From Eledone cirrhosa (Eukaryota), in NCBI GenBank assembly GCA_964016885.1, contig CAXHJY010000963.1:1-64000 (forward strand): a stretch of DNA of 64,000 bases, read 5' to 3'. The notes under the pieces are model-generated. The model did not search any database. It saw nothing but the letters and a program-made list of their open reading frames with translations, and had not been told where the DNA came from. A program made the position numbers and the translations under genes. How positions within the stretch are numbered: the first letter of the stretch is position 1; each line of letters opens with the position of its first letter. Positions 13,980 to 27,843 of the stretch are shown here, piece by piece.

Positions 13980-15560
13980 CAGACAGACAGAGAGACAGAC
14001 AGAGAGACAGACAGAGAGACAGACAGAGAGACAGACAGAGAGACAGACAGAGAGACAGACAGAGAGAGAGACAGACAGAGAGACAGACAGAGAGAGAGAC
14101 AGACAGAGAGAGACAGACAGAGAGAGAGAGACAGACAGACAGACAGGCAGAGAGAGACAGACAGGCAGGCAGAGAGAGACAGAGAGACAGACAGAGAGAC
14201 AGACAGAGAGACAGACACAGACAGAAAGAGAGACAGAGAGAGAGACAGACAGACAAACAGAGAGAGACGGGGAGTGAGTCAGAGAGACAGATAGAGAGAC
14301 AGACAGAGAGACAAACAGAGAGACAGATAGAGAGACAGACAGAGAGACAGATATATAGAGAGACAGATAGAGAGACAGACAGAGAGACAGATAGAGAGAG
14401 AGACAGATAGACAGACAGAGAGACAGACAGAGAGACAGACAGATAGACAGACAGAGAGACAGACAGAGAGACAGACAGAGAGACAGACAGAGAGACAGAT
14501 AGAGAGACAGACAGAGAGACAGATAGAGAGAGAGAGACAGATAGAGAGACAGATAGAGAGACAGACAGAGAGACAGACAGAGAGACAGACAGAGAGACAG
14601 ACAGAGAGACAGACAGAGACAGACAGAGACAGAGAGACAGACAGAGAGACAGGCAGAGAGACAGACAGAGAGACAGACAGAGAGACAGACAGAGAGACAG
14701 ACAGAGAGACAGATAGAGAGACAGACAGAGAGACAGACAGAGAGACAGACAGAGAGACAGACAGAGACAGACAGAGAGACAGACAGACAGACAGAGAGAC
14801 AGAGAGACAGACAGAGAGACAGACAGAGACAGACAGACAGACAGAGAGACAGACAGACACAGACAGACAGACAGAGACAGACAGACAGACAGAGAGACAG
14901 AGAGACAGACGGAGAGACAGACAGAGAGACAGATAGAGAGACAGACAGAGAGACAGTCAGAGAGACAGACAGAGACAGACAGACAGACAGACAGACAGAG
15001 AGACAGAGAGACAGACAGAGACAGACAGAGAGACAGACAGAGAGACAGACAGAGACAGAGAGACAGACAGAGACAGACAGAGAGACAGACAGAGAGACAG
15101 ACAGAGACAGAGAGACAGACAGAGAGACAGACAGAGACAGACAGACAGACAGAGAGACAGACAGAGAGACAGACAGAGACAGACACAGACAGAGAGACAG
15201 ACAGAGAGACAGACAGAGACAGACACAGACAGAGAGACAGACAGAGAGACAGACAGAGACAGACAGAGACAGACAGACAGAGAGACAGACAGAGAGACAG
15301 ACAGAGACAGACAGAGAGACAGATAGAGAGACAGACAGAGACAGACAGAGACAGACAGAGAGACAGACAGAGACAGACAGAGAGACAGACAGAGAGACAG
15401 ACAGAGAGACAGACAGAGACAGAGAGACAGACAGAGAGACAGACAGAGAGACAGACAGAGACAGAGAGACAGACAGAGAGACAGACAGAGAGACAGACAG
15501 AGACAGACAGAGACAGAGAGACAGACAGAGACAGAGACAGAGAGACAGACAGAGACAGAG

Positions 15561-15591
<31 letters not shown>

Positions 15592-16996
15592 GAGACAGAC
15601 AGAGAGACAGACACCGACAGAGAGACAGACAGAGAGACAGACAGAGAGACAGAGAGACGGACAGAGAGACAGACAGAGAGACAGACAGAGAGACAGACAG
15701 AGAGACAGACAGAGACAGAGAGACAGACAGAGAGACAGACAGAGAGACAGACAGAGACAGAGAGACAGACAGAGAGAGAGAGACACAGAGATAGAGAGAC
15801 AGACAGAGACAGAGAGACAGACACCGACAGAGAGACAGACAGAGAGACTGAGAGACAGAGAGAGACACAGAGAGACACAGAGAGACACAGAGAGACACAG
15901 AGAGACAGAGAGAGACAGAGAGAGAGACAGAGAGAGACAGAGAGAGAGACAGACAGAGAGACAGACAGAGAGACAGACAGAGAGAGAGACAGACAGAGAG
16001 ACAGAGAGACAGACAGAGAGACAGACAGAGAGACAGACAGAGAGACAGACAGAGAGACAGACAGAGAGACAGATAGACAGACAGAGAGACAGACAGAGAG
16101 ACAGACAGAGAGACAGACAGAGAGACAGACAGAGACAGAGAGACAGACAGAGAGACAGACAGAGACAGACAGAGACAGAGAGACAGACACAGAGAGAGAG
16201 AGACACAGAGAGAGAGAGACAGACAGAGACAGAGAGACAGACACCGACAAAGAGACAGACAGAGAGACTGAGAGACAGAGAGAGACACAGAGAGACAGAG
16301 AGAGACACAGAGAGACACAGAGAGACACAGAGAGACGCAGAGAGACGCAGAGAGACAGAGAGAGACAGAGAGAGAGACAGAGAGAGAGACAGACAGAGAG
16401 ACAGACAGAGAGACAGACAGAGAGACAGATAGAGAGACAGATAGAGAGACAGATAGAGAGACAGATAGAGAGACAGACAGAGAGACAGACAGAGAGACAG
16501 AGAGACAGATAGAGAGACAGACAGAGAGACAGACAGAGAGACAGAGAGACAGATAGAGAGACAGACAGAGACAGACAGACAGAGAGACAGACAGAGAGAC
16601 AGACAGAGACAGACAGAGACAGACAGAGACAGACAGAGACAGACAGAGAGACAGACAGAGACAGACAGAGACAGACAGAGAGACAGACAGAGAGACAGAC
16701 AGAGACAGACAGAGACAGACAGACAGACAGAGACAGACAGAGACAGACAGACAGACAGAGAGACAGAGAGACAGACAGAGAGACAGACAGAGAGACAGAC
16801 AGAGAGACAGACAGAGACAGACAGAGACAGACAGAGACAGACAGAGACACAGAGACAGACAGAGACAGAGAGACAGACAGAGACAGACAGAGAGACAGAC
16901 AGAGAAACAGACAGAGAAACAGACAGAGAGACAGACAGAGAAACAGACAGAGAGACAGATAGAGAGACAGACAGAGAGACAGACAGAGAGACAGAC

Positions 16997-17055
<59 letters not shown>

Positions 17056-17578
17056 GAGACAGAGAGACAGACAGAGAGACAGACAGAGAGACAGACAGAG
17101 AGACAGACAGAGAGACAGACAGAGAGACAGACAGAGAGACAGACAGACAGACAGAGAGACAGACAGAGAGACAGACAGAGACAGACAGAGACAGAGAGAC
17201 AGACAGAGACAGAGAGACAGACAGAGAGACAGACAGAGAGACAGACATAGAGACAGACAGAGAGACAGACAGAGAGACAGAGAGACAGACAGAGAGACAG
17301 ACAGAGAGACAGACAGAGAGACAGACAGAGAGACAGACAGAGAGACAGACAGAGAGACAGACAGAGAGACAGACAGAGACAGACAGAGAGACAGACAGAG
17401 AGACAGACAGAGAGACAGACAGAGACAGAGAGACAGACAGAGAGACAGACAGAGAGACAGACAGAGACAGAGAGACAGACAGAGAGACAGACAGAGAGAC
17501 AGACAGAGACAGACAGAGACAGAGAGACAGACAGAGAGACAGACAGAGACAGAGACAGAGAGACAGACAGAGACAGAG

Positions 17579-17609
<31 letters not shown>

Positions 17610-18876
17610 GAGACAGACAGAGAGACAGACACCGACAGAGAGACAGACAGAGAGACAGACAGAGAGACAGAGAGACAGACAGAGAGACAGACAGAGAGAC
17701 AGACAGAGAGACAGACAGAGAGACAGACAGAGACAGAGAGACAGACAGAGAGACAGACAGAGACAGAGAGACAGACAGAGAGAGAGAGACACAGAGATAG
17801 AGAGACAGACAGAGACAGAGAGACAGACACCGACAGAGAGACAGACAGAGAGACTGAGAGACAGAGAGAGACACAGAGAGACACAGAGAGACACAGAGAG
17901 ACACAGAGAGACACAGAGAGACAGAGAGAGACAGAGAGAGAGACAGAGAGAGACAGAGAGAGAGACAGACAGAGAGACAGACAGAGAGACAGACAGAGAG
18001 AGAGACAGACAGAGAGACAGAGAGACAGACAGAGAGATGGACAGAGAGACAGACAGAGAGACAGATAGACAGACAGAGAGACAGACAGAGAGACAGACAG
18101 AGAGACAGACAGAGAGACAGAGAGAGACAGAGAGACAGACAGAGAGACAGACAGAGACAGACAGAGACAGAGAGACAGACACAGAGAGAGAGAGACACAG
18201 AGAGAGAGAGACAGACAGAGACAGAGAGACAGACACCGACAGAGAGACAGACAGAGAGACTGAGAGACAGAGAGAGACACAGAGAGACACAGAGAGACGC
18301 AGAGAGACAGAGAGAGACAGAGAGAGAGACAGAGAGAGACAGAGAGAGAGACAGACAGAGAGACAGACAGAGAGACAGACAGAGAGACAGATAGAGAGAC
18401 AGATAGAGAGACAGATAGAGAGACAGATAGAGAGACAGACAGAGAGACAGACAGAGAGACAGAGAGACAGATAGAGAGACAGACAGAGAGACAGACAGAG
18501 AGACAGAGAGACAGATAGAGAGACAGACAGAGACAGACAGACAGAGAGACAGACAGAGACAGACAGAGACAGACAGAGAGACAGACAGAGACAGACAGAG
18601 AGACAGACAGAGAGACAGACAGAGAGACAGACAGAGACAGACAGAGACAGACAGACAGACAGAGACAGACAGACAGACAGAGAGACAGAGAGACAGACAG
18701 AGAGACAGACAGAGAGACAGACAGAGAGACAGACAGAGACAGACAGAGACAGACAGAGACAGACAGAGACAGAGAGACAGACAGAGACAGACAGAGAGAC
18801 AGACAGAGAAACAGACAGAGAAACAGACAGAGAGACAGACAGAGAAACAGACAGAGAGACAGATAGAGAGACAGAC

Positions 18877-18919
<43 letters not shown>

Positions 18920-19628
18920 GAGACAGAGAGACAGACAGAGAGACAGACAGAGAGACAGACAGAGAGACAGACAGACAGACAGAGAGACAGACAGAGAGAC
19001 AGACAGAGACAGACAGAGACAGAGAGACAGACAGAGACAGAGAGACAGACAGAGAGACAGACAGAGAGACAGACAGAGAGACAGACAGAGAGACAGACAG
19101 AGAGACAGACAGAGAGACAGAGAGACAGACAGAGAGACAGACAGAGAGAGACAGACAGAGAGAGACAGAGAGAGAGACAGAGAGACAGACAGAGAGACAG
19201 ACAGAGAGACAGACAGAGAGACAGACAGAGACAGACAGAGACAGAGAGACAGACAGAGACAGAGAGACAGACAGAGAGACAGACAGGGAGACAGACAGAG
19301 AGACAGGGAGACAGACAGAGAGACAGGGAGACAGACAGAGAGACAGACACCGACAGAGAGACAGACAGAGAGACTGAGAGACAGAGAGAGAGACACAGAG
19401 AGTCACAGAGAGACGCAGAGAGACAGAGAGAGACAGAGAGACACTGAGAGAGAGAGAGAGAGAGAGAGAGTGAGAGAGACAGACAGAGAGAGAAAGAGAG
19501 ACAGAGAGAGTGAAAGAGACAGACAGAGAGAGAAAGAGAGAGAGAGAGAAAGAGAGACAAAGAGAGAGAGACAGAGAGAGAGAGACAGAGAGAGTGAAAG
19601 AGACAGACAGAGAGAGAAAGAAGACAAA

Positions 19629-19674
<46 letters not shown>

Positions 19675-19695
19675 AAGAGAGAGAGTGAGAGAGAG

Positions 19696-19730
<35 letters not shown>
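13797..19730. repeat. About 5.9-kb (GACA/GA)n compound satellite
   Basis: Seen directly; gives the 1479-2029 aa S/L/C/V pseudo-ORFs. Confidence 0.97.
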
Positions 19731-20742
19731 CATACCTAAGAGACTAAACTGACAGTTAAAACGTGACAATTTTTATGAATTTATTTTAAAACCAACACCA
19801 CCACTACCACTACACCACACCACACCACACCACAACACACCACTACCACTACACCACACCACAACACAACACACTACTACCACCACCACAACACACCACC
19901 ACCACTACACCAACACCACCACTACCACTACACCACACCACAACACAACACACCACTACCACCACCACAACACACCACCACTACCACAACACACCACTAC
20001 CACCACCACAACACACCACCACCACTACACCAACCACCACCGCCACCACCACTACACCACACCACCAATGGTAAATACACCCAACCTATATTTCTATTAC
20101 AAAACTGGAAACTACGAGATTCTACGTAAATCTTCTATTTTTAGTTTTTGGGGGAAAACTCTTCACAGCAGAAATAATCGAGATTTTGGGGCGAGTTTCT
20201 AATATTTTCTCTCTCTCTCTCTCTCTCGATAAGAATCGATAAGAATCGATAAAAAAAAATCCATAAAAATCTTTAATAGGTTTCTCGGACTCCGGGAAAA
20301 GTGTACCACGAGTGGCAAAATATATTTTCTGGTCCCCAATAATAGGGTAGGGTGGCGTGGGTGTTATACGCGGGAAGGGGTTAGGGGGGGATGTTGGAAA
20401 ATCGATAATTTTTTCTAGGTTGTCTTCGTTGATTTTTTTTTCTAAAAAACCAGAATTAGTCGTTTAGTTTACATACGAGACCCCAACCCATCCTAATTAT
20501 TTTATAACTTAGATTTCTAGTAATTTACTTTTTTCTTGTCATGTATAATGTTTTTTTAATGTCTAAAGGACATCAATTGTCGCAGGAATGCTACTACTTA
20601 AAATAATATTTCGCTGGAAATAGATAAGCAAAATTTAATAAATATATGTGTGAGGGGTGGAGTAGAAGGAAAGTAGGTGGAAGGGTCTAAAAATTAATTA
20701 ATAAGCAGATAGGGACGATTATTCGAGACTCGAGAGTGTGTG

Positions 20743-20776
<34 letters not shown>

Positions 20777-20896
20777 TTCACAGGGTGTCCCCAAAATGTC
20801 TACACATTACAACAGCAATCTAATAAATATTGCTTGTACAGATAATCAAAGTGTATAGATTTTTGTGGGACACCATGTACACACACACACACACAC

Positions 20897-21228
<332 letters not shown>

Positions 21229-21386
21229 TATATATATATATATATTTTTTTAAACGTATGTTATTACTCTAAGACTCTACCCTTATTGAATTCTTTGCTA
21301 ACTCATTCATATTGTAGGTCGACTTTGCTTGCTCACAGCCAAAGCTTCGATTTTACTAAGCTTCCACACACACACATATATATATG

Positions 21387-21423
<37 letters not shown>

Positions 21424-21530
21424 CGGTGATAAATTTGTTTTGTGAGGTTTTTGATATGAAATCGTGTGTTGAAACAAATATTGTTATACTTGGGGAGGGT
21501 CATGTTCTGTTATTATTTCTGGCAAAAATT

Positions 21531-21722
21531 AGGGCGGTGGATTGGCAGTATCGGTAGGGGGTCGGATGCCATGCTTTGACGGATAGAGTTACGTCTCTTG
21601 CCATTCTGAGTTCAAATCCCGCCGAGGTTAACTTTGCCTTTCATCCTTACAGGGTCGATAAAATAAAGTACCAGTAATACACTGGGTATTTACTGGCCTT
21701 GTGCCAAAAGTAGAAATAATTA
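21531..21722 (+). mobile_element. Full-length Meta/MESC-like SINE inserted into inverted family B tails
   Basis: ggcggtggattggcagtatcgg...gagttcaaatcc...gcctttcatcc...gtcgataaaataaagtaccag; ttatttctggcaa on both sides (TSD-like). Confidence 0.9.
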
Positions 21723-21879
21723 TTTCTGGCAATATTATGACAACAATATGACCCTCCCCCAGTAAAACAATATATATATATATATATATCTACGTCTTTC
21801 TCATTTCCACACCGTAACCTCTACACTCCCTCTCGCTAAAATAAACCACCACCACCGTCACCAATAATATTAATTATTA

Positions 21880-22005
21880 CACACGTGACCTGACAAACGC
21901 GGAAGTAGTCAACTGTCTTTTTATTATTATTAATTTTGTTTATATAAATATGACTTTTCAATCTCTGATGTAACGGAACCGGAAGTAGCGGAACAATGGC
22001 GGAAC
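21880..22005 (+). promoter_or_regulatory. Candidate housekeeping-type promoter motif cluster
   Basis: CACGTG (21882), GCGGAAGT (21899), CCGGAAGT (21979), CAATGGCGG (21994); CpG-rich unique island. Confidence 0.4.
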
Positions 22006-22043
22006 ACAATACTACGAATACAATCGTAATAAACTAACGTAAA

Positions 22044-22077
<34 letters not shown>

Positions 22078-22614
22078 CATACGTACAAATATACATACAC
22101 ACTGTTTATGTATATATGCATTCTAGGTGTGTACATATGTAAATATATATATATACATATACACAAAAAGATATATATATATATACACATATATATACAT
22201 ACACACATATATACACACACATATATACACACATATATATACACACATATATACACACATATATACACACATATATACACACATATATACACACATATAT
22301 ATACACACATATATATGTGTGTGTATATATATGTACATATACACACACACACACACACATATATATGTGTATATATATGTACATACACACACACATATAT
22401 AATTATATATATATACATATATACGTATCTACATACGTATAAATGATGTACATTATATGACGAAATGAAAATACAAACAGTGTATTTGTTTTCATTTGCC
22501 TCCCTGGGAGTGTTCTGTTATTTCATATATATACACACATATATATATATATACATAATATATATGCATAATATATATACACACACGCACATATATATAT
22601 ATTATTTTACTGTT

Positions 22615-22800
22615 AACTTAAGGTTTGGTAATATAACCCTCTGAGGTCTGTGGTGCCCTAAGTCGCTGCCCAAGTTGGCCTTAATGGTAGCACCACGCCT
22701 ATATAAAACTGTGATGGATCCCTCAGAGAACTGTGGTGCCATTGCTGGTTGCCCTAGTGGGCCTAGGTGGTAGCACCAGCCCTGTATAAATCTGTGACCC
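22615..22800 (+). repeat. Dispersed about 100-bp-unit repeat family; related copies at 52600-53260 (+) and 56190-56810 (-)
   Basis: Shared ttaaggtt...gtagcaccagccctgtataaaactgtga. Confidence 0.7.
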
Positions 22801-22819
22801 TTTCATATACATATAATAG

Positions 22820-22960
22820 GTGGATTCCGGTGTTAATAGGGATGTGACCACAGTTAAAAAGGTACTCAATACATTAAAAGAGTATAGGTGTCTGTAATTT
22901 ATTATAGAAATGACTTCTACAGGACTAGAACCGTTTCATTCGTATGAAATCATCAGGTGT
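22820..22960 (-). mobile_element. HHR family A module (core intact, 5' strand of stem I lost)
   Basis: Reverse complement CTGATGA tttc atac gaat GAAA cgg ttctagtc ctg TA gaag. Confidence 0.8.
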
Positions 22961-22993
22961 TACGAATGAACCAATTCTGGCTCTTTAGAAGTA

Positions 22994-23030
<37 letters not shown>

Positions 23031-23085
23031 ACAAATATTCCAGAGTCGGGCTAGATCGATACAGATCGAACCTTGAGCTGATCAA

Positions 23086-23119
<34 letters not shown>

Positions 23120-23120
<1 letters not shown>

Positions 23121-23192
23121 TTATTAAAATAACAGATTAAAGTTTAAGCAAAGAATCGCTGCTTTCACCCTTAACGGGATCTTCTGAAACTA
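23120..23192 (+). mobile_element. Short dispersed repeat; inverted copy at 41970-42045
   Basis: ttattaaaataacagattaaagtttaagcaaagaatcgctgctttcacccttaacgggatc. Confidence 0.7.
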
Positions 23193-23374
23193 TTTGCTCT
23201 ACGGTTCTTATATATTTGATATATATTTATCTTATCGAGCCCTCTTTGGATTTTACTCTTCACATTTATTATTATTACTATATATATATATATATATATT
23301 AATTAAGCATACAGTATATTGCCAAATATGTATATATATATTTATGTATACATCGCTATTTCAGAGCACCAATT

Positions 23375-23403
<29 letters not shown>

Positions 23404-23406
<3 letters not shown>

Positions 23407-23795
23407 AATATTAAAACAATGAAATTAAACAAAAAAACGGTTAATTCATAGTAAAACTCATTATTTTACGATCGTTTCTGGGGGGTAGTTCCCTGTATGT
23501 CCATTCAATTATTGATCTATGTAAAATATATTACAAAATATCATAGTAAGAAAATATACATACGTCTTCACTACTCGCCGTCTTCAGAAATAAAGATTAT
23601 CTCTGAAGACGGCGGGTAGTGAAGACGTATGTATATTTTCTTACAATGATATTTTGTAATATATTTTACATAGATCAATAATAAAATGGACATACGGGGA
23701 ACTACCCCCCCCCCCCCCCCAGAAACGATCGTAAAATAATGAGTTTTACTATGAATTAACCGTTTTTTGTTTGATTTCATTGTTTTACTATTTCT
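23404..23795. repeat. About 190-bp-arm inverted repeat made of two head-to-head HHR family D modules
   Basis: Arms 23404-23593 and 23597-23795. Confidence 0.95.
23596..23740 (+). ncRNA. Type I hammerhead ribozyme (family D) with 112-nt stem II; mirror copy on the minus strand at 23460-23593
   Basis: attatct CTGAAGA [gggtagt...cgtatgt...acatacg...actaccc] GAAA cgatcg TA aaataat; palindromic stem III. Confidence 0.8.
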
Positions 23796-23966
23796 ATTTT
23801 TGACTCTGTATCTAATGAATTATATCGTTGAAAATTTTGTATTTTAAACTTTGCTTCACGACATCTACATACGGATTACATTGAGTTCTTCATACGGTTT
23901 AGACCCTACCATTAATTGGTGTATTTATCTGTGTATATATGTATATATATAATATGCTACTGGTAA

Positions 23967-24220
23967 CATGTATCCCAGTACAACCTGTCTCATGGTCGGG
24001 TCGTTGGCAACTAAACTGGCAACCCCACCAAGGTTTCTTGGTGAGGAGGGGGACTTTGGACATCCTGCAGGACTAAAAACAAAACCTGTCAAAGGGCAAA
24101 GGAGCTCTTAAGAGTCAATGGCCATCCAAAATCACTGGGAGAGATGACCCCTTAGCCTTTGTCAAGGCAGAATTCTAGGAGAAGGAAAACTCTGATATAA
24201 CACCTGCAACCCTGATGGTA
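23967..24220 (+). mobile_element. Probable RTE-type LINE 5' UTR-derived repeat
   Basis: ctaggagaaggaaaactctga resembles RTE 5' UTRs as I recall them; hairpin caccaag/cttggtg. Confidence 0.35.
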
Positions 24221-24539
24221 TCCAATGATGTTGACTTGTTCTTCTTTTTGGTAAATATCATCTTGGTTAAGAGAGTGGGACTGGCTTTGTGCAGTGCCTT
24301 TGCTCACTATAAAAGCTTCACGGCACAGGCATTGCTTTATATCTGGAGATCTCTCAGCACTTGTCACATGGTACCATGGGCCCAGCACTATGTGTCAATA
24401 ATTGTCACAAGTGTAGTGTTTGTACCAGAGTTTCCAAGTCACTGGCTGGACTAAAAAGTCACTCTTGTTTAGCGCATCGGTGGGGTTCTCCTACATGGAT
24501 ATAAAGTAGTGGCCGTACTCGAAAACGAGTTGGCAGCCA

Positions 24540-24598
<59 letters not shown>

Positions 24599-24717
24599 CC
24601 AATATCAACAGTGTTGGACTATTTATCCGACACAACGTTATCTCAGATAATTCCACTCCCGTTTTAAGTGGTCACAATTATCAGTTCAACAGTTTATCAA
24701 CACAAATTATATCACCC

Positions 24718-25400
24718 CTTCCTCTCTCTCTTACAGTCTGTCTCCCTTCCTCTCTCTCTTACAGTGTCTCTTCCTCTCTCTCTCTCACCGTCAACCTCTC
24801 CCTTACTCTCTCTTACAGTGTCTCCCTTCCTCTCTCTCTTACAGTCTGTCTCCCTCTCTCTCTTACAGTCTGTCTCCCTTCCTCTCTCTCTTACAGTGTC
24901 TCTCTCCCTTCCTCTCTCACAGTGTCTCCCTTCCTCTCTCTCTTACAGTCTGTCTCTTCCTCTCTCTCTCACACTGTCAACCTCTCTCTTCCTCTCTCTC
25001 TCACACTGTCAACCTCTCTCTTCCTCTCTCTCTTATAGTCTGTCTCTTCCTCTCTCTCTCACACTGTCAACCTCTCTCTTCCTCTCTCTCTCACTGTCAA
25101 CCTCTCGCTTCTTCTCTCTTACAGTGTCTCTCTCCCTTCCTCTCTCACAGTGTCTCCCTTCCTCTCTCTCTTACAGTCTGTCTCTCATCCTCTCTCTCAC
25201 ACTGTCAACCTCTCGCTTCCTCTCTCTTACAGTGTCTCTCTCCCTTCCTCTCTCACAGTGTCTCCCTTCCTCTCTCACAGTCTGTCTCTCATCCTCTCTC
25301 TCACACTGTCAACCTCTCGCTTCCTCTCTCTTACAGTGTCTCTCTTCCTCTCTCACACTGTCAACCTCCCTTTCCTCTCTCACTTTTACACACAGTCAGC
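24718..25400. repeat. Pyrimidine-rich minisatellite
   Basis: Repeated ctctcttacagtgtctc and ctcacactgtcaacctc units. Confidence 0.9.
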
Positions 25401-25537
25401 CACACTTCCCCCTCTCTCTATCACAAGGTTTGTATCTCTCGCCCTCTCTCTCTCTCTTACCCCAACAATCTGCCTCTCCCCCTCTCACTGTCACACAAAC
25501 TCATTCTTTCTCTCTCTCGTCCGTTATCATTTGATGT

Positions 25538-25574
<37 letters not shown>

Positions 25575-25700
25575 ACTCTATATATAAACAGAGTTACACA
25601 CATATACACGGTCACACACGCACACATATACACAAGGTCAACCACGCACACATTCACACAAACATAGTCACACTCACACACATATTCACACAAACATTGT

Positions 25701-25799
<99 letters not shown>

Positions 25800-26166
25800 A
25801 TATATCTATTTATATCTGCTGACATCACACAGACGTCAAGAAGACGTCACATCTGTTAAGACAGGAGTTTTCCCTAGTCTCTCATTTAATTACTAATTAA
25901 AACTATATCTACCGTGTTTATCACGCCAGGAGTAATTGCCTACATACGCCTATATATATACTGTGTGTGTATATATATATATAGAGTTAAAATATAATAT
26001 AATTAAATAGCTCTGTTCTATACATAGAGCACTCTTTTTTTCCTTTGCTTTTTAGTCGGAAATACTCCCCCCCCCCACACACACACACATGTATGTAGTG
26101 CATCTAAAGGCATTTTTTCCAATTCCATCCCGCCAGTCCCCTCAATCTATTTTATTTCTCCTTCTT

Positions 26167-26202
26167 TCTTCTGATGAAGGACTAGCGTCCGAAATGTTAA
26201 GA
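26167..26202 (+). ncRNA. Minimal type I hammerhead ribozyme (family G)
   Basis: tctt CTGATGA a ggac tagc gtcc GAAA tg TT aaga. Stem III is probably ACGU decayed at the CpG. Confidence 0.8.
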
Positions 26203-26312
26203 CCCTCTTCCTGCTATATCAAGGGTTAACCTAATATATACCTTCCATATACTGTACCGATTGTGTTATTATTTCTGTTTACCTTTTACATACACACACA
26301 CACATGTATATA

Positions 26313-26365
<53 letters not shown>

Positions 26366-26480
26366 ACACAAAGTAAAACATTTCGTTTTAATCATTCTCT
26401 AACCCAGAAAAAAAGAGAGAGAGAAACAAAAAATGAAAAAAAAAAATTTTTCTTCCTCATAATCATCTTTTTCTCCCTGT

Positions 26481-26516
<36 letters not shown>

Positions 26517-26741
26517 CCTGACTGTATTTTCGTTGCTGTGTTAGCTTCTGTGGCTATGTCCACTTAACTACAGTTTTCAATTTGTCACTCTATTTAACGT
26601 ATGTTTATTAATCTAAGGTGTAACCTATCGATTTATCGATACATTCTTATTGAGTGCTTCATGCAAATCCGAATTGTTACTTCGCGGACATTGGCCAACT
26701 GCCATAACTTCGATTTTACTAACCATCCACTCGTATATATA

Positions 26742-27092
26742 TATCCCGGGTCCAATCGGGGATAACCACAGTAAGTAAGGTTCTCAATACATAGAGTATA
26801 AATATTTAATATATAAATGTCTTCTACAGGACTAGAACTGTTTCAATACATTACAATACAATGGGAGGAAACAATAGTACCACTGATGATGCCACAGATG
26901 TGCAACGAAAGAACTTTGATAGACTATATATATATTTATATCTATTTTTAACCGTTGGTCAATCAATGATAAACATTGATTGCCAAATAAATTAACTATG
27001 GAGATATAAAAGATACAGATGCGAAAAGCCAAACAGTGAGTGTGTTCTGTTATTTCTGGTAATATTACAACAATATGACCCTCCCCAAATAT
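26742..27092. mobile_element. Chimeric junction: family A tail (minus, 26742-26845) fused head-to-head to a family B module (plus, 26850-27092; core CTGATGA at 26883)
   Basis: Homology to 9275-9380 and 8342-8613. Confidence 0.8.
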
Positions 27093-27208
27093 AATATATA
27101 TATATATATATAACAAAGAAAGTGTGGTAAGAAACCAGGTTGAACCATAACCCACCAGAGTACTCGATACTTAGTATTGGTACTCGATATTAAGTATTGG
27201 TGGGTTAG

Positions 27209-27268
27209 TTCGGATCTAGCTGTCGAAACGGCCGGAGTTCAGCCGTCGGGGTGCTGACACTTTTCCTA
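27209..27268 (+). mobile_element. Short repeat family E; copies at 40541-40598 (-) and 42105-42162 (+)
   Basis: tcggatctag..gt.gaaacggc.ggag.tca...gtcggg..ctgac.cttttcct. Confidence 0.75.
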
Positions 27269-27349
27269 TATATATATATATATATATATATAAATTAATA
27301 AAAATAATGAATAAAAACAAAGAAACAGTTCCTTATATTAAAAAATTCA

Positions 27350-27481
27350 TCATTTTACGATCGTTTCTAGGATATATATGTGTGTGTTGGTATGTATATC
27401 ATATAGATCTATGTAAAATTTTTACAAACTATCAGAGGGAATATACATACCTACACATATATATGCTGTCTTCAGAAATAA
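27350..27481 (-). ncRNA. Hammerhead ribozyme (family D) with 101-nt stem II
   Basis: Reverse complement ttattt CTGAAGA [atatatatgtgt..ggtatgtata...tatacatacc..acacatatatat] GAAA cgatcg TA aaatga. Confidence 0.75.
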
Positions 27482-27510
27482 TAATATTATTATAATTCAG
27501 AATAATTTAA

Positions 27511-27547
<37 letters not shown>

Positions 27548-27563
27548 GTATATGTATATATAT

Positions 27564-27608
<45 letters not shown>

Positions 27609-27696
27609 GTATATATATTAAATTTATTAAAATAACAGGTTACATATATATATTATAGATAACGAGGAATCAGTGATGCATCAAAACACAATTTAT

Positions 27697-27798
27697 CAAA
27701 ATATTACATATGTTTCTGCGACGATCAGCTCAAGACAGGATGGATCTGTTACGGATCGAACCTGACTCTGCATTCGCAAGTTCCTCAGATATGTTTTG
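27697..27798 (-). ncRNA. Hammerhead ribozyme (family C) with 65-nt stem II
   Basis: Reverse complement atat CTGAGGA act tgcga...tcgca GAAA catatg TA atat. Confidence 0.8.
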
Positions 27799-27800
27799 CG

Positions 27801-27839
<39 letters not shown>

Positions 27840-27843
<4 letters not shown>

